Shown piece after piece: positions 19,989 through 29,201 of a DNA stretch of 64,000 nucleotides. The notes beneath the pieces are model-generated. The model was not told where the DNA came from. It was given only the letters and a program-made list of their open reading frames with translations, and made no database searches. Source of the stretch: Dehalococcoidia bacterium (GTDB lineage: Bacteria > Chloroflexota > Dehalococcoidia > SZUA-161 > SpSt-899). Numbering within the stretch: the first letter of the stretch is position 1; every line of letters starts with the position of its first letter. Position numbers and translations under genes: made by a program. The stretch lies in assembly GCA_046484125.1 (NCBI GenBank), contig JAWOBX010000043.1, positions 3,047 through 67,046 of the forward strand, in the 5' to 3' direction.

Positions 19989-21022
19989 GCAATTATCCCT
20001 CCCCCCACCAGAGTGTCGCCCTGAAAGACCGCTGCTGCCTGGCCGGGCGTGATAGCCATTTGAGGTTCTTCGAATTGCACACCAATCTTGTCTTTTGTAA
20101 GGGGGGTTACCAATGCGCGTGCCTCATTGTGCTTGTTTCTTATTTTCACTTGTGCTCGAAATGGACTTGAAGGTGTTTCACACGCTATCCAGTTCATCGA
20201 GGTTGCGACAAGTTCCGTCCCAAAAACCTCATTCCTGGTACCGACGACTATCTCGTTTTGGGCTGGACGAATTGACAGCACGTAAATGGGCTCTCTGGAA
20301 GGAATCCCAATGCGGCGGCGCTGACCGATAGTGTAATTGATTATACCATCATGAGTGCCCAGTATCCTCCCCTGGCGGTCAACTATGGGACCTTCCGACC
20401 TGAGGGAAGGAAGTCTGGATGCCACAAACTCCCGGTAATCTCTATCGGGAATGAAACAGATTTCCTGGCTTTCCTTCTTTTCAGTTACCGGCAGGTTGAG
20501 CTCGATGGCTGTCTGACGAACATCTTTCTTGGTCCTGTTGCCAAGAGGAAATTGAAGATACTGAAGTTGCTTTTGAGTGAGAAGGCACAAAAAATACGAC
20601 TGGTCCTTGGCATAATCAAGGCCTTTTCTAATTGTGTACCTTGCCCCGTTTGTCCCTACTCGAACATAATGTCCAGTGGCCATCCAGTCAATTTCAAGCT
20701 CCATCGCTTTTTCGAGAAGGTATCCGAATTTGATCAGTTGATTACATCTGACACATGGATTAGGGGTCCTTCCACGGCTGTATTGCATACAGAAATCTTC
20801 AATGACCATTGATGCGAAAGCATCCCGCAGGTCAAAAACGTAATGGGGTATATTGAGCCACTCGCATATTTTCGCTGTGTCGGCCAGTTGCGCCGAATTG
20901 ACATCAATGGAAGGCAGGACCTGCATTGTCACGCCCAGAACTTGGTGCCCCTCTTGCTTCAAGAGGGCTGCGGTCACCGCGGAATCTACCCCGCCACTTA
21001 GCGCAACAGCAACTTTAACCAT
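19985..21022 (-). CDS. mnmA: tRNA 2-thiouridine(34) synthase
   Basis: The PP-loop SGGVDSAV is present, the catalytic Cys residues are conserved, and the 345-aa length matches MnmA. Confidence 0.9.
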   Translation of the reverse strand: MVKVAVALSGGVDSAVTAALLKQEGHQVLGVTMQVLPSIDVNSAQLADTAKICEWLNIPHYVFDLRDAFASMVIEDFCMQYSRGRTPNPCVRCNQLIKFGYLLEKAMELEIDWMATGHYVRVGTNGARYTIRKGLDYAKDQSYFLCLLTQKQLQYLQFPLGNRTKKDVRQTAIELNLPVTEKKESQEICFIPDRDYREFVASRLPSLRSEGPIVDRQGRILGTHDGIINYTIGQRRRIGIPSREPIYVLSIRPAQNEIVVGTRNEVFGTELVATSMNWIACETPSSPFRAQVKIRNKHNEARALVTPLTKDKIGVQFEEPQMAITPGQAAAVFQGDTLVGGGIIA

Positions 21023-21232
21023 AGGGTTTACATATAGAATCAGGATGGCAGACCAATACGAACAAATTCATTTTAACACAGCGTATTAAGGATAGCCTCT
21101 GGTCTGGTGGCCATGCTCACGCTGTAACAGAATCTTTCGATATTATGATTGTATAGCCGGCTTCTACGCGCGGCGCTTTTCTGGCCGCAATTCTGATATC
21201 AGGAATATCGGCGATTTAAAATAGGGGACATC

Positions 21233-21535
21233 CTATTTATCGAAGCATAAATTCTCAAGTACATCCTTTAAGCCATCAACGTATTCGAGGCAATGTTCCA
21301 TGGATATATCACGGCCATTGATATCAACAGCGCGGTTGCCATGTTTTGATGCTATGACTACCCCTGTAGCCTTTTTGGAGGCAAAGCATGTGACTGTGAG
21401 TTTACCGGTGCGGTAGCACCTCCGCTCATCCTGCTCAAGCGGTATTATGGTTACTCCACCTATTTGAGCGGGGTTGCCTGCATGGTTTCGAAGATTTCCG
21501 GGCATGCTGAACTCCTGTGGCTTTGACATGTTCAT
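21233..21535 (-). CDS. Hypothetical protein, divergent GerW/YtfJ-like N-terminal region
   Basis: The GGVTIIPL motif resembles the neighbouring YtfJ-family protein. Confidence is low. Confidence 0.35.
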   Translation of the reverse strand: MNMSKPQEFSMPGNLRNHAGNPAQIGGVTIIPLEQDERRCYRTGKLTVTCFASKKATGVVIASKHGNRAVDINGRDISMEHCLEYVDGLKDVLENLCFDK

Positions 21536-21641
21536 CCCCGGGAAGCCGTGTTCGGGTTCAGGTCAAGATGCTCGAGAACCCGTCTATTCCACCTTGGGGA
21601 AGCCGTAAAACTCTTCCTGTAGGTTCTACGTGTCTAAAGAG

Positions 21642-22031
21642 TCACTTCTCCTCACCTTTTTCATCTCTCTTTGTCACGATCTTTTCAACCGTCTCGCCAA
21701 TCTTCTCCAGAACTGATGTGGCTCCACCTTTGACCGGTTCAACCCTTACTCCTTCCTGGTTGATGATAATTACAGCGGTAGGCTTTATACCCCCTCCTCC
21801 AGCGGTGCCCTCGGCTCCCCCTTCGCCCGCCCCATCACCTGAGCGCCCCTTATCGCCTTTGCCGGAACCCTTGCCGGAGCCACCCCCCGCGGCGAACACA
21901 AAAGCTATGGACATCAGCGGGATAATCGTGTTCCCCTCTGATGTAACGGACTCGCCCACAACCGCCTTTGTATTCAATAGCTTTTCGATTTCACCCATTG
22001 ACGTAGCCACCAGCCTCTCAATGTTTTCCAT
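21642..22031 (-). CDS. GerW/YtfJ-family protein (Spore_YtfJ domain)
   Basis: …GNTIIPLMSIAFVFAAGGGSG…GGGGIKPTAVIIINQEG… matches the YtfJ pattern. A strong RBS (AGGAGG) is present. Confidence 0.65.
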   Translation of the reverse strand: MENIERLVATSMGEIEKLLNTKAVVGESVTSEGNTIIPLMSIAFVFAAGGGSGKGSGKGDKGRSGDGAGEGGAEGTAGGGGIKPTAVIIINQEGVRVEPVKGGATSVLEKIGETVEKIVTKRDEKGEEK

Positions 22032-22191
22032 AACTGCCTCCTGAAAAAAATCATTACGGTAAATGGTATACAGTCATGGAAAAGGTTTGTCAAATAATAA
22101 AAACATCCATGATGAGCTGGTGTACAGTCCCTAACGCTTCTGTACAAATGTTTCGCAATGTTCTTTTTAACTCATTGCTTCACTGGAAGGG

Positions 22192-22244
22192 TTTGTTACT
22201 CGGTGAGCGAACTCGCGTTCCGAGTTCGCTCACCGAGTAACAAC
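22192..22244. repeat. 23-bp perfect inverted repeat (hairpin, 5-nt loop)
   Basis: TTGTTACTCGGTGAGCGAACTCG-cgttc-CGAGTTCGCTCACCGAGTAACAA, read directly from the sequence. It lies in a low-coding region. Confidence 0.8.
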
Positions 22245-22393
22245 ACAGGGTGGCGGGGCGGGAAGTGTAATAAGTTATTAAATGATATTATCAGATAATC
22301 TAAAGTCCGGATATTTACAGGACGTTACACTAGCGATGCTGATTCAGACTGGCATGCCTGATGGGTTGCATTGTGAGGAAGGGAGTGGTACAA

Positions 22394-22822
22394 ATGAGGA
22401 AGGGAATGAAGCAACTGAAGCTGCCTCTGGAATGGATAGATTGCCGTTACTATAATGATTGTGATGCGCCTCTGTGCCCTCAGGATATCAATCTGGAACA
22501 GTGTCTCTGGTTCCCGAGAGAGCAGGTTTGCCGGCTGAGGAACGCGCCGGACTGGGTAAAGAAGCAACGGAAAATCTCCAGAATAAAGAATATCGATGAA
22601 GAGGCGTATTTCACAGTTACGATGCTGCAAAAGATAGGCGAGATAACATCTGATATCCGAGGGGCCGATCCTGAGTCAGTTGATGGAGAAAGGGAATGGC
22701 TTTCGAGGTGGCCGCGCAGAAAGCGCAAGAAAAAATCAGACACGCCCGTCGATACAGAAAACGAAGGCGAGCGAAAACAGCCTGGTACGTATCGGATGTT
22801 TGATGATTTAGGGAGCCTCTGA
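22394..22822 (+). CDS. Hypothetical Cys-rich basic small protein (orphan)
   Basis: The start has a GGAAGGGAG RBS. The product has five Cys in the first 50 aa (C…C…C…C…C) and a basic RWPRRKRKKK tract. A hairpin follows immediately downstream. It may not be a real gene. Confidence 0.35.
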   Translation: MRKGMKQLKLPLEWIDCRYYNDCDAPLCPQDINLEQCLWFPREQVCRLRNAPDWVKKQRKISRIKNIDEEAYFTVTMLQKIGEITSDIRGADPESVDGEREWLSRWPRRKRKKKSDTPVDTENEGERKQPGTYRMFDDLGSL

Positions 22823-22835
22823 TAAACTTCGTAAA

Positions 22836-22915
22836 TCCCCCAATCATGGGGGCTTTTAATGCTGTGGGACAACCCCAGCCCCCTGAAGTCACCTCTTACT
22901 GAAAAGGTTCTTTAG
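22836..22915 (-). repeat. GC-hairpin intergenic repeat, copy H (minus orientation)
   Basis: Its reverse complement matches copy D near 59300 (…TTCAGTAAGAGGTGACTTCAGGGGGCTGGGG…GCCCCCATGATTGGGGGATT). Confidence 0.5.
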
Positions 22916-23020
22916 AGTGACCGGTTGTGAAACCGGTATCACGGAGCGGGGAAGTGGTTGGGGTGTTTAGTAGCGTGATTTCAGAGGAAGCGCCCACTAA
23001 AGTTCCCCTAAAAGCGTTTC

Positions 23021-23060
23021 GACGAAAAAGGGCGATGTTAATTCATCGCCCTTTTTCGTC
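23021..23060 (-). terminator. Intrinsic terminator downstream of the acs operon
   Basis: A 17-bp perfect stem (GACGAAAAAGGGCGATG…CATCGCCCTTTTTCGTC) with loop TTAATT and a T-tract on the minus strand lies 20 nt after the acsC stop. Confidence 0.65.
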
Positions 23061-23079
23061 TTATCAGCTTTATTAGCGT

Positions 23080-24426
23080 CTAATTCCAGTTGGCTTTAAA
23101 CCATCTCCCGATGTCCATCGCCTCCATGGAGCCAATCATTATTTGCCAGTCCGGCATCTCGTCTTCGAGTTCACCTCTGAGTATAGCGACTTTGCCCGGG
23201 AGTATGATCTTCTGGTGACTGACTTTACTGGAAGCGTCCTGTTCCTTGGCTGTCTTGGCGATTTTCTCCGCGTCAAATTTGCCTGCGGACCACGCGGTGA
23301 GGACCGATAGCCCTTCGGTATCGCAGACCATAAGCCAGGCGGGAATTCCGGTCGCCTCAATCTCGCCGGCAATGGTGAAATAGGTGAGCGAGAAGTTGGT
23401 GGTAACACAGAAAGGACTTTCCGCGGTGGGATTGCCGATTGGGTATATCCCTGCCGCCATTTGAATAGGCTTTTGAGGGTCCGTATAGATATTTAATCTC
23501 AGGGTTATCAACGGATAAACCATAGCCGGTGAGAAATGATCGAGTACAATTATACTGCCGTATTTGGCGATGAATTGTGCCGCCAGTACCGCTTCCTCAT
23601 TGAGTGATGAAGCCTCTTCCCCCGGAAATGTGATGGTTGGGAAGCCCATCGGACGAAAGCCCTTCTTTATGGCTAAACGTCGCATCTGAGTGAGAGCGAT
23701 CAGGGAGTCACTGGGACCTCTCGTTCCGGGGTCCAGGAATAAATCCTCAAGGCCGGCGCTTTCTGCCTTCTCTGAAAGTTCGGCGAGTTCATCCAGTCCA
23801 TCACCCCGAATGCCCAGGGCAACGCCGTTACTTTTTGCGATCTCGACCATTTGATCGATGTTGTCTTTGTTGGCGCCATAGATCGCGGGCTTGGCGTCGG
23901 CGACTTTTTCCATAGCGGCAATTATAGCTGATGGGTCAGTGGATATCAGGATCATCGGAAGGTCCGTTTTACTTCTTACGGCTTCAACACAGGCAGCGAA
24001 TTTTCCAGCATCTCCTGAATCGTTCTGAACAGCTATGCCATCCATGCCGAAGGTCATTCCCACGCGCTCTACCTGGTAGCTGGTGACTTCTTCGACTGTC
24101 TTGCCTATCTCATCATCAGACTGCGTATCCTTTACCCTGACTACCAGTGCGGCTGGATTGAAAAATGTTTTGTCATGGCGAAACATGACCGTTTCACCGC
24201 CGACTTTCATTTGCTTATCGCCTTCTCCTATGGTAACCAGGCGCATTGGAGGGCGTGAGGCTGCCTCGAGCGCTTCCTTCGCCTCGTCGCTCACGTAGGG
24301 ACATTTCGAAAGCTCGGCTTGACCCTGGGCCAGTTTCATAGCGAATGCCAGACATGTTGGGAAGCCACACTCTTTGCAATTGGTCTGCGGTAGATACTTG
24401 TAGATTTGTATACCAGTCAAAGCCAT
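23080..24426 (-). CDS. acsC: Corrinoid iron-sulfur protein large subunit (CODH/ACS gamma)
   Basis: It has the N-terminal [4Fe-4S] Cys motif (CKECGFPTCLAFAMKL…CPY) followed by a TIM-barrel region. The product is 448 aa. Confidence 0.85.
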   Translation of the reverse strand: MALTGIQIYKYLPQTNCKECGFPTCLAFAMKLAQGQAELSKCPYVSDEAKEALEAASRPPMRLVTIGEGDKQMKVGGETVMFRHDKTFFNPAALVVRVKDTQSDDEIGKTVEEVTSYQVERVGMTFGMDGIAVQNDSGDAGKFAACVEAVRSKTDLPMILISTDPSAIIAAMEKVADAKPAIYGANKDNIDQMVEIAKSNGVALGIRGDGLDELAELSEKAESAGLEDLFLDPGTRGPSDSLIALTQMRRLAIKKGFRPMGFPTITFPGEEASSLNEEAVLAAQFIAKYGSIIVLDHFSPAMVYPLITLRLNIYTDPQKPIQMAAGIYPIGNPTAESPFCVTTNFSLTYFTIAGEIEATGIPAWLMVCDTEGLSVLTAWSAGKFDAEKIAKTAKEQDASSKVSHQKIILPGKVAILRGELEDEMPDWQIMIGSMEAMDIGRWFKANWN

Positions 24427-24440
24427 TTTTCATATCTCCT

Positions 24441-25382
24441 TTACGCGCTGAGTTTGTTAATAGTTTCCTTGATTACCTCTACCGCTTTGGGGTGAGACAT
24501 AACAAGCAGGTCGGCACCGCTGTAGATCGAAGCCGTAGCGGTGAGTTCCTCCCATATTACAGCACGCTCATCGAGGCTGCCCCACTCGTCCGGTACACCT
24601 TCAGCGGCCTTGGCTTCTTTCTGGCGCCATGATTCCGGCCCGACGTGATTGAGTATTGGCATCTGGCACATACTGTCGCCCATCAGGGCGGCCAGTCTAA
24701 CACGCTCGTTTATGGAATAACCATATTCTATGCCATAACCAAGGGCACCGGTGTCAGGGTCCATTATTATCGACTCAAGCGGAACGCCAACATCAGATAC
24801 AAGTACATTTAGCTGTTTTGCCAGATTGATATCAAGGGGCGTCTTCGCTATGGCTATGTGTCCGTCAGACATGCAGACGGCCGCTACCGTTTTGTAGTTC
24901 TTTTCCTCGCAGTTCCCCAAAGCTATTCGCTGTCCCTTGGCCACCTCTGAAGCGGCCATTAAAACCTCATTATCCTTCTCCGGCACGCCGGGTCCCAGGA
25001 CTATAAGAGGCACATCTACTGCGGAAAGAACTTTATCTACAGTGGCCTTCGCCTCTGCCGCGCCGGTGTTGCCTGCCTCCGGATGAGCACTTACAAGTCT
25101 CAAACAAATTATATCCGCCCCTATCTCTACGGCCTTTTTGGCCCAGTTTACCGGATCTTTGATCACATCACCCCAGGCGGAAACCAGCACCGGTGACGCG
25201 TCTGCCGGTTCGGAATCGCGTACCTCGATCGCTATTCTGGTTGGGTTGGGGGTATCACCCTCGAACTTCAGAAATGGAAGGGTAGTGGCTCCTCCCAGAG
25301 TGACTTCCTTGCGACCGCCGCCACCAAGCTTGACTTCCCTGATCTTTCCAGTCCATTTTTCCATGGGGATTTCGACAGCCAT
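24441..25382 (-). CDS. acsD: Corrinoid iron-sulfur protein small subunit (CODH/ACS delta)
   Basis: It aligns by eye with Moorella AcsD (MAV…, …GNCEEKNYK…, …GYGIEYGYSINERVRL…). The product is 313 aa. Confidence 0.8.
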   Translation of the reverse strand: MAVEIPMEKWTGKIREVKLGGGGRKEVTLGGATTLPFLKFEGDTPNPTRIAIEVRDSEPADASPVLVSAWGDVIKDPVNWAKKAVEIGADIICLRLVSAHPEAGNTGAAEAKATVDKVLSAVDVPLIVLGPGVPEKDNEVLMAASEVAKGQRIALGNCEEKNYKTVAAVCMSDGHIAIAKTPLDINLAKQLNVLVSDVGVPLESIIMDPDTGALGYGIEYGYSINERVRLAALMGDSMCQMPILNHVGPESWRQKEAKAAEGVPDEWGSLDERAVIWEELTATASIYSGADLLVMSHPKAVEVIKETINKLSA

Positions 25383-25438
25383 TGAAGGGCCTCCTTCTTC
25401 TTAATTAAATTTCAGGCAATATATTTTTTCTGCCCAGT

Positions 25439-27661
25439 CTACATCATTGGTTCCATGGAAAGTGCCGGATGCCCCTTTTCCTCCAGGAAAGCGAGTAATC
25501 CATCGGAATCCTGTGCGATGTCCCCGTCGCAAATCTTATCCATTAAGTCGGGCTCGCCAGCCATCTCGCATGCGGCCTTCAGATCTTCAGCAAACTCCTC
25601 TTTGAGGTTCTTGGAGAGCCAGACCAGTCGTTTTATTCCTCCATCCGCTGAGATAAACTTGTTGCTGGTAATATACGTTTTGCCGTGTCCCATCATGCCC
25701 GGCGTTTGCTGTCCGCCTCCCATAACACCCATTAACTGAGTGAACGTCATGCCTGCTGGTGTATTGCTGTAATCATCTCGTGAAACAACCATCACCCCGT
25801 TCGCTTCCGGTACAATGGACATTACGCACTCACAGCATCCACAAGTGGTCATGGGCGCGTCCATTACAGAATAAATGGTAAATCTTTCAATAGCCTGCTG
25901 AGAATTCTGGTATACGAAGTCATTTACTCCCTGCCATTCGCCCTTCTCCTCGGAAAGGCAGCTCCCCTTATTTACAGGCTGGTTTGCTCCGTTTGGATTG
26001 ATTTCATATGCCGCTCTACAGTCGAGCCAGCTGTATGCTCCGCAGAGTCCTACCCGTTCAGGATTGATAATACAAACGTGCGTAGGGGCGAATGACTGGC
26101 AGAGTGTGCAACTGTAGTATACATCGACCGCGCTGTCCGTCATGCCCGAGACTCGCTCATTTCTCTCTTTGTATACTTCTCGCGCCTGTTCGATCAGTTC
26201 ATCAACCTTGGCAGGATCGGTATAGATAGTAGTCTGAACTTTATCTACGATTGCACCATAATGGTTATGGAAGTTTGCGTGGAGGATAATTCCGATATCC
26301 TTTGCCCGGAAACCCTTATCTACCGCATTTTTATGAATACGGATCCAGGTGATATCCCGCTGGCCCTGGTGCTGTACACCCTCGGCACCATTGATGAAGT
26401 GGTGTATCTGCCGTTCCAGTACTCCCTCGAAATCCTTCTGCATTTTACGCCCGGCGACATCCACCACGATTGCCATGGGGATCTTGGCTCCTACATCAGC
26501 GGAATCCAGATCCGGCCCCACAAGATCGACTTTCCCGTCCTCAACCTCATCGACATCCTTCATTCGAAGCCATTCGAAGCAGGTACCTCCCTTTCCTCCC
26601 ATCTCAACCCTGAGATCGGCCTTGCGAACAACTTCACCCTCAAAGGCCGGGCCATAAGAAACAGGAATCGGTACCTTGGTTACTTTGATCTTGATGCCGC
26701 GGACTTCAATACATTTCTCGACAAGGCGCTCGACCCGTTCCATATCGTCTTTGCCCGGAATATCATCAAATGGCATGCTGACGACATGCTCGTATTGAGT
26801 GATTCCGACCGGCAATATGTTTGGAATCAGGGTATCGGCGACAACCGGGAATCCATAGTTGATGGCACCGGCTGCAGTAGCGTATTTCAGCTCGTCAATG
26901 GGTCCAAGTGCCAGCGCAAAAGCGAAGCATCTGAATTTGTTATATAGAAGGTTTCGTCTGGCGTCACCCGCTTCGTATCCACCGAAACTGATGGCCGCGC
27001 GAGTGGCGTAACCCAGGGCATATATTATGGATTCAGTATCACTGCCGAACGGTATGGTGAATGTGTCGTATCCCAGGTCAACCCCCTGGTTTAACAACTG
27101 GCCTGTAAGGGTTGTGCCGTTGTTATCGCCGGCCATGAAAACAAGAAGGCCTTTGGACTGGAGCTCGCGGATCAGTTTAACCGCTACATCTTCGTTCTTG
27201 GCCGCACCAAGTATGGCCGCGAAGCCTGGCATGGTCCCATCGACCATAGCCACACCCCAGGACCTGACCTGAACATCATCAACAGCACCGTTCCATGTAA
27301 AACCGTTACTTACCTCGGGCTGCTGCCCTCTGGCATACTCAATTCCTTTAATACCCTCTTCCGCGAAAAGGGTTGCCATACCCGCATCCAGAGTTTCTCC
27401 CAGGTAAGGAAGCCAAATATTATCTGATGGAGGTGGGGGGAGAAGTGATTTGCTGTATTCCAGTACTGGTTGAAGATCGCTGACCTTCTCAACCTTTTGG
27501 CCTGTCAGCCCATAGATTACAGGGAGATAATACACGGTATTCGGTAGTTTGATCGGAGCGTCGCCCCCGGGGTCCTTCATTGCATCATTAAGTAAATCCT
27601 CGAACTTCTTAACCTCTGCGTTTGCGCCTTTAATTGCTGCTGTTGCGATAAATCTGGACAT
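25439..27661 (-). CDS. acsB: Acetyl-CoA synthase catalytic subunit (A-cluster protein)
   Basis: The product is 740 aa and has the AcsB-type N-terminus (…TVYYLPVIYGLTG…) and the C-terminal A-cluster Cys motif region (…CTLCQSFAPTHVCII…CGA…). Confidence 0.85.
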   Translation of the reverse strand: MSRFIATAAIKGANAEVKKFEDLLNDAMKDPGGDAPIKLPNTVYYLPVIYGLTGQKVEKVSDLQPVLEYSKSLLPPPPSDNIWLPYLGETLDAGMATLFAEEGIKGIEYARGQQPEVSNGFTWNGAVDDVQVRSWGVAMVDGTMPGFAAILGAAKNEDVAVKLIRELQSKGLLVFMAGDNNGTTLTGQLLNQGVDLGYDTFTIPFGSDTESIIYALGYATRAAISFGGYEAGDARRNLLYNKFRCFAFALALGPIDELKYATAAGAINYGFPVVADTLIPNILPVGITQYEHVVSMPFDDIPGKDDMERVERLVEKCIEVRGIKIKVTKVPIPVSYGPAFEGEVVRKADLRVEMGGKGGTCFEWLRMKDVDEVEDGKVDLVGPDLDSADVGAKIPMAIVVDVAGRKMQKDFEGVLERQIHHFINGAEGVQHQGQRDITWIRIHKNAVDKGFRAKDIGIILHANFHNHYGAIVDKVQTTIYTDPAKVDELIEQAREVYKERNERVSGMTDSAVDVYYSCTLCQSFAPTHVCIINPERVGLCGAYSWLDCRAAYEINPNGANQPVNKGSCLSEEKGEWQGVNDFVYQNSQQAIERFTIYSVMDAPMTTCGCCECVMSIVPEANGVMVVSRDDYSNTPAGMTFTQLMGVMGGGQQTPGMMGHGKTYITSNKFISADGGIKRLVWLSKNLKEEFAEDLKAACEMAGEPDLMDKICDGDIAQDSDGLLAFLEEKGHPALSMEPMM

Positions 27662-27696
27662 AATTCTCCTTCCTTAAAATTCCCTGATATTCACGG

Positions 27697-28071
27697 TTAG
27701 TATTTACGGAAGTCTCCGGTCATGGCGGCGTCGATTGGATTGGTGCCGGCCATCCTGGGCGCTCTGGTGAATCCCGGACTCGATGCCCACTGGGCCGGCC
27801 TTTCGGTCAGTTCTTCGAAACCGGCCGAAATCAGAACTTTGTTTACTTCTTCAGCTTTCTGTTCATCGGCATCAACTCTCACGATCTTTCCGCCGACGGC
27901 CAGGCCGATTTTGTAGTAATTTAAAGCCTGTTCCGGAAGATCGAGCCCTTCCAGCTCATTTTCTCCACCTTGGTCAATGACTTTGGCTTCGTACCCCCTT
28001 GATTTGAGTTCGGAAACCGCGGTTTCCGCGTCCTCCGGGCGTTTGAACAGCTTTGTTACGGCTTTTGCCAT
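27697..28071 (-). CDS. Hypothetical protein, first gene of the acs operon
   Basis: A 124-aa ORF sits directly upstream of acsB on the same strand. It has a charged N-terminus, no family was assigned, and a promoter lies about 70 nt upstream. Confidence 0.4.
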   Translation of the reverse strand: MAKAVTKLFKRPEDAETAVSELKSRGYEAKVIDQGGENELEGLDLPEQALNYYKIGLAVGGKIVRVDADEQKAEEVNKVLISAGFEELTERPAQWASSPGFTRAPRMAGTNPIDAAMTGDFRKY

Positions 28072-28150
28072 ATCGCGAAACCCTCCTGTTAATCATTACG
28101 TTGTTTGCTTTATCTGAATACCGACTACAAATAAAAGCACCCAAGGAATT

Positions 28151-28179
28151 ATTTTAGCCTTGACGTGAACGGAAGTCAA
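28151..28179 (-). promoter_or_regulatory. Sigma70-like promoter for the acs operon, with a palindrome over the -35
   Basis: The minus strand reads TTGACT-17 nt-TAAAAT. The inverted repeat TTGACgtgaacggaaGTCAA overlaps the -35 hexamer. Confidence 0.4.
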
Positions 28180-28436
28180 CCTTACATAATAACCCCAAAC
28201 AGCGATTGATTCCGGGTTATATTTGCGTCATGTCGTCACCCTGTTTCACTAAACGATAACAGGAATGAGTTATAGGACATATTTTTCATCAGGTAAAGAA
28301 GGGTTTCCCGGATTATGAAAAATAAAAAAAGGTGCGAGGTTATTACTCTCCTTAAAGGGTGAAAGCATTTGAAATTCTATTTTCGGCATAAACCGGGAGT
28401 TAAAAAGTGACTGCTGTTCGAGAGAGTTAACCGATC

Positions 28437-29189
28437 CTATTGTGAGCGATATTGGTCAAGGGTCTCATCCGAGAAATCGGCGTTGGTGTATACCTGCTGG
28501 ACGCCATCAATTTCCTCGAGTTTGTCTATCAACTTGAGTGTTTGAAGAGCGGACTTATCCTCCAGTTTGACCATGTTCTGTGGAATCAACGCTATGTCGG
28601 CAGATGCTATAGTAAGCCCGCTATCCTCGAGGAATTTCCTTACCTTCTCCAGGTCACCCGGTGTGCTGTATATCTCGATGATATCGCCTTCCGCTTTAAT
28701 GTCGTCGGCACCCGCATCAATGGCGGCAAGCTCAAGTTCCTCGGAGTAGTGGCTATCTGATTCCATGGTTATAATGCCCTTGGCCTCGAATATCCAGGTG
28801 ACGCAACCCGCCTCGCCAAGGCTGGCATTGTGCTTGGTGAAAGTGCTGCGGACCTCTGAAAGAGTTCTGTTACGATTGTCAGTCAATATCTGGAGAAGCA
28901 AAGCCGCACCGCCCGGACTGTAACCCTCAAGGGTCATCTCCTCCAGCGCTCCCGATTCCTTGCTCTCCACTGCCCGTTTGATGGCGCGTTCTATATTGTC
29001 GACGGGCATGTTATTGTCTTTAGCTTTCTGTACTGCAAGGCGAAGCGTGGGGTTGGAATCGGGATCTCCACCGCCGTTTCGGGCGGCTACGGTGATCTCG
29101 CGGCCCAGTTTGGTAAATAACTGTCCCCTTTTTGCGTCCGCCGCGCCTTTTTGACGTTTGATTGTAGACCACTTGGAGTGACCGGACAT
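28437..29189 (-). CDS. yebC: YebC/PmpR-family DNA-binding regulator
   Basis: The N-terminus MSGHSKWSTIKRQKGAADAKRG is characteristic of YebC. The product is 250 aa. Confidence 0.9.
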   Translation of the reverse strand: MSGHSKWSTIKRQKGAADAKRGQLFTKLGREITVAARNGGGDPDSNPTLRLAVQKAKDNNMPVDNIERAIKRAVESKESGALEEMTLEGYSPGGAALLLQILTDNRNRTLSEVRSTFTKHNASLGEAGCVTWIFEAKGIITMESDSHYSEELELAAIDAGADDIKAEGDIIEIYSTPGDLEKVRKFLEDSGLTIASADIALIPQNMVKLEDKSALQTLKLIDKLEEIDGVQQVYTNADFSDETLDQYRSQ

Positions 29190-29201
29190 TTTATTCCTCT
29201 A

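Noticed and set aside
21517-22044. 175-aa proline/serine-rich ORF on the + strand
   Set aside because: It is entirely antisense to the GerW/YtfJ gene, whose Gly-rich segment creates the PAPS low-complexity translation. It has no RBS, so I treat it as a frame artefact.
22836-22880. Hairpin CCCCCAATCATGGGGG+T-run after the Cys-rich ORF, first read as its terminator
   Set aside because: It is hairpin 2 of a reverse-oriented copy of the GC-hairpin repeat family. It may still terminate transcription, but it is not a dedicated terminator.
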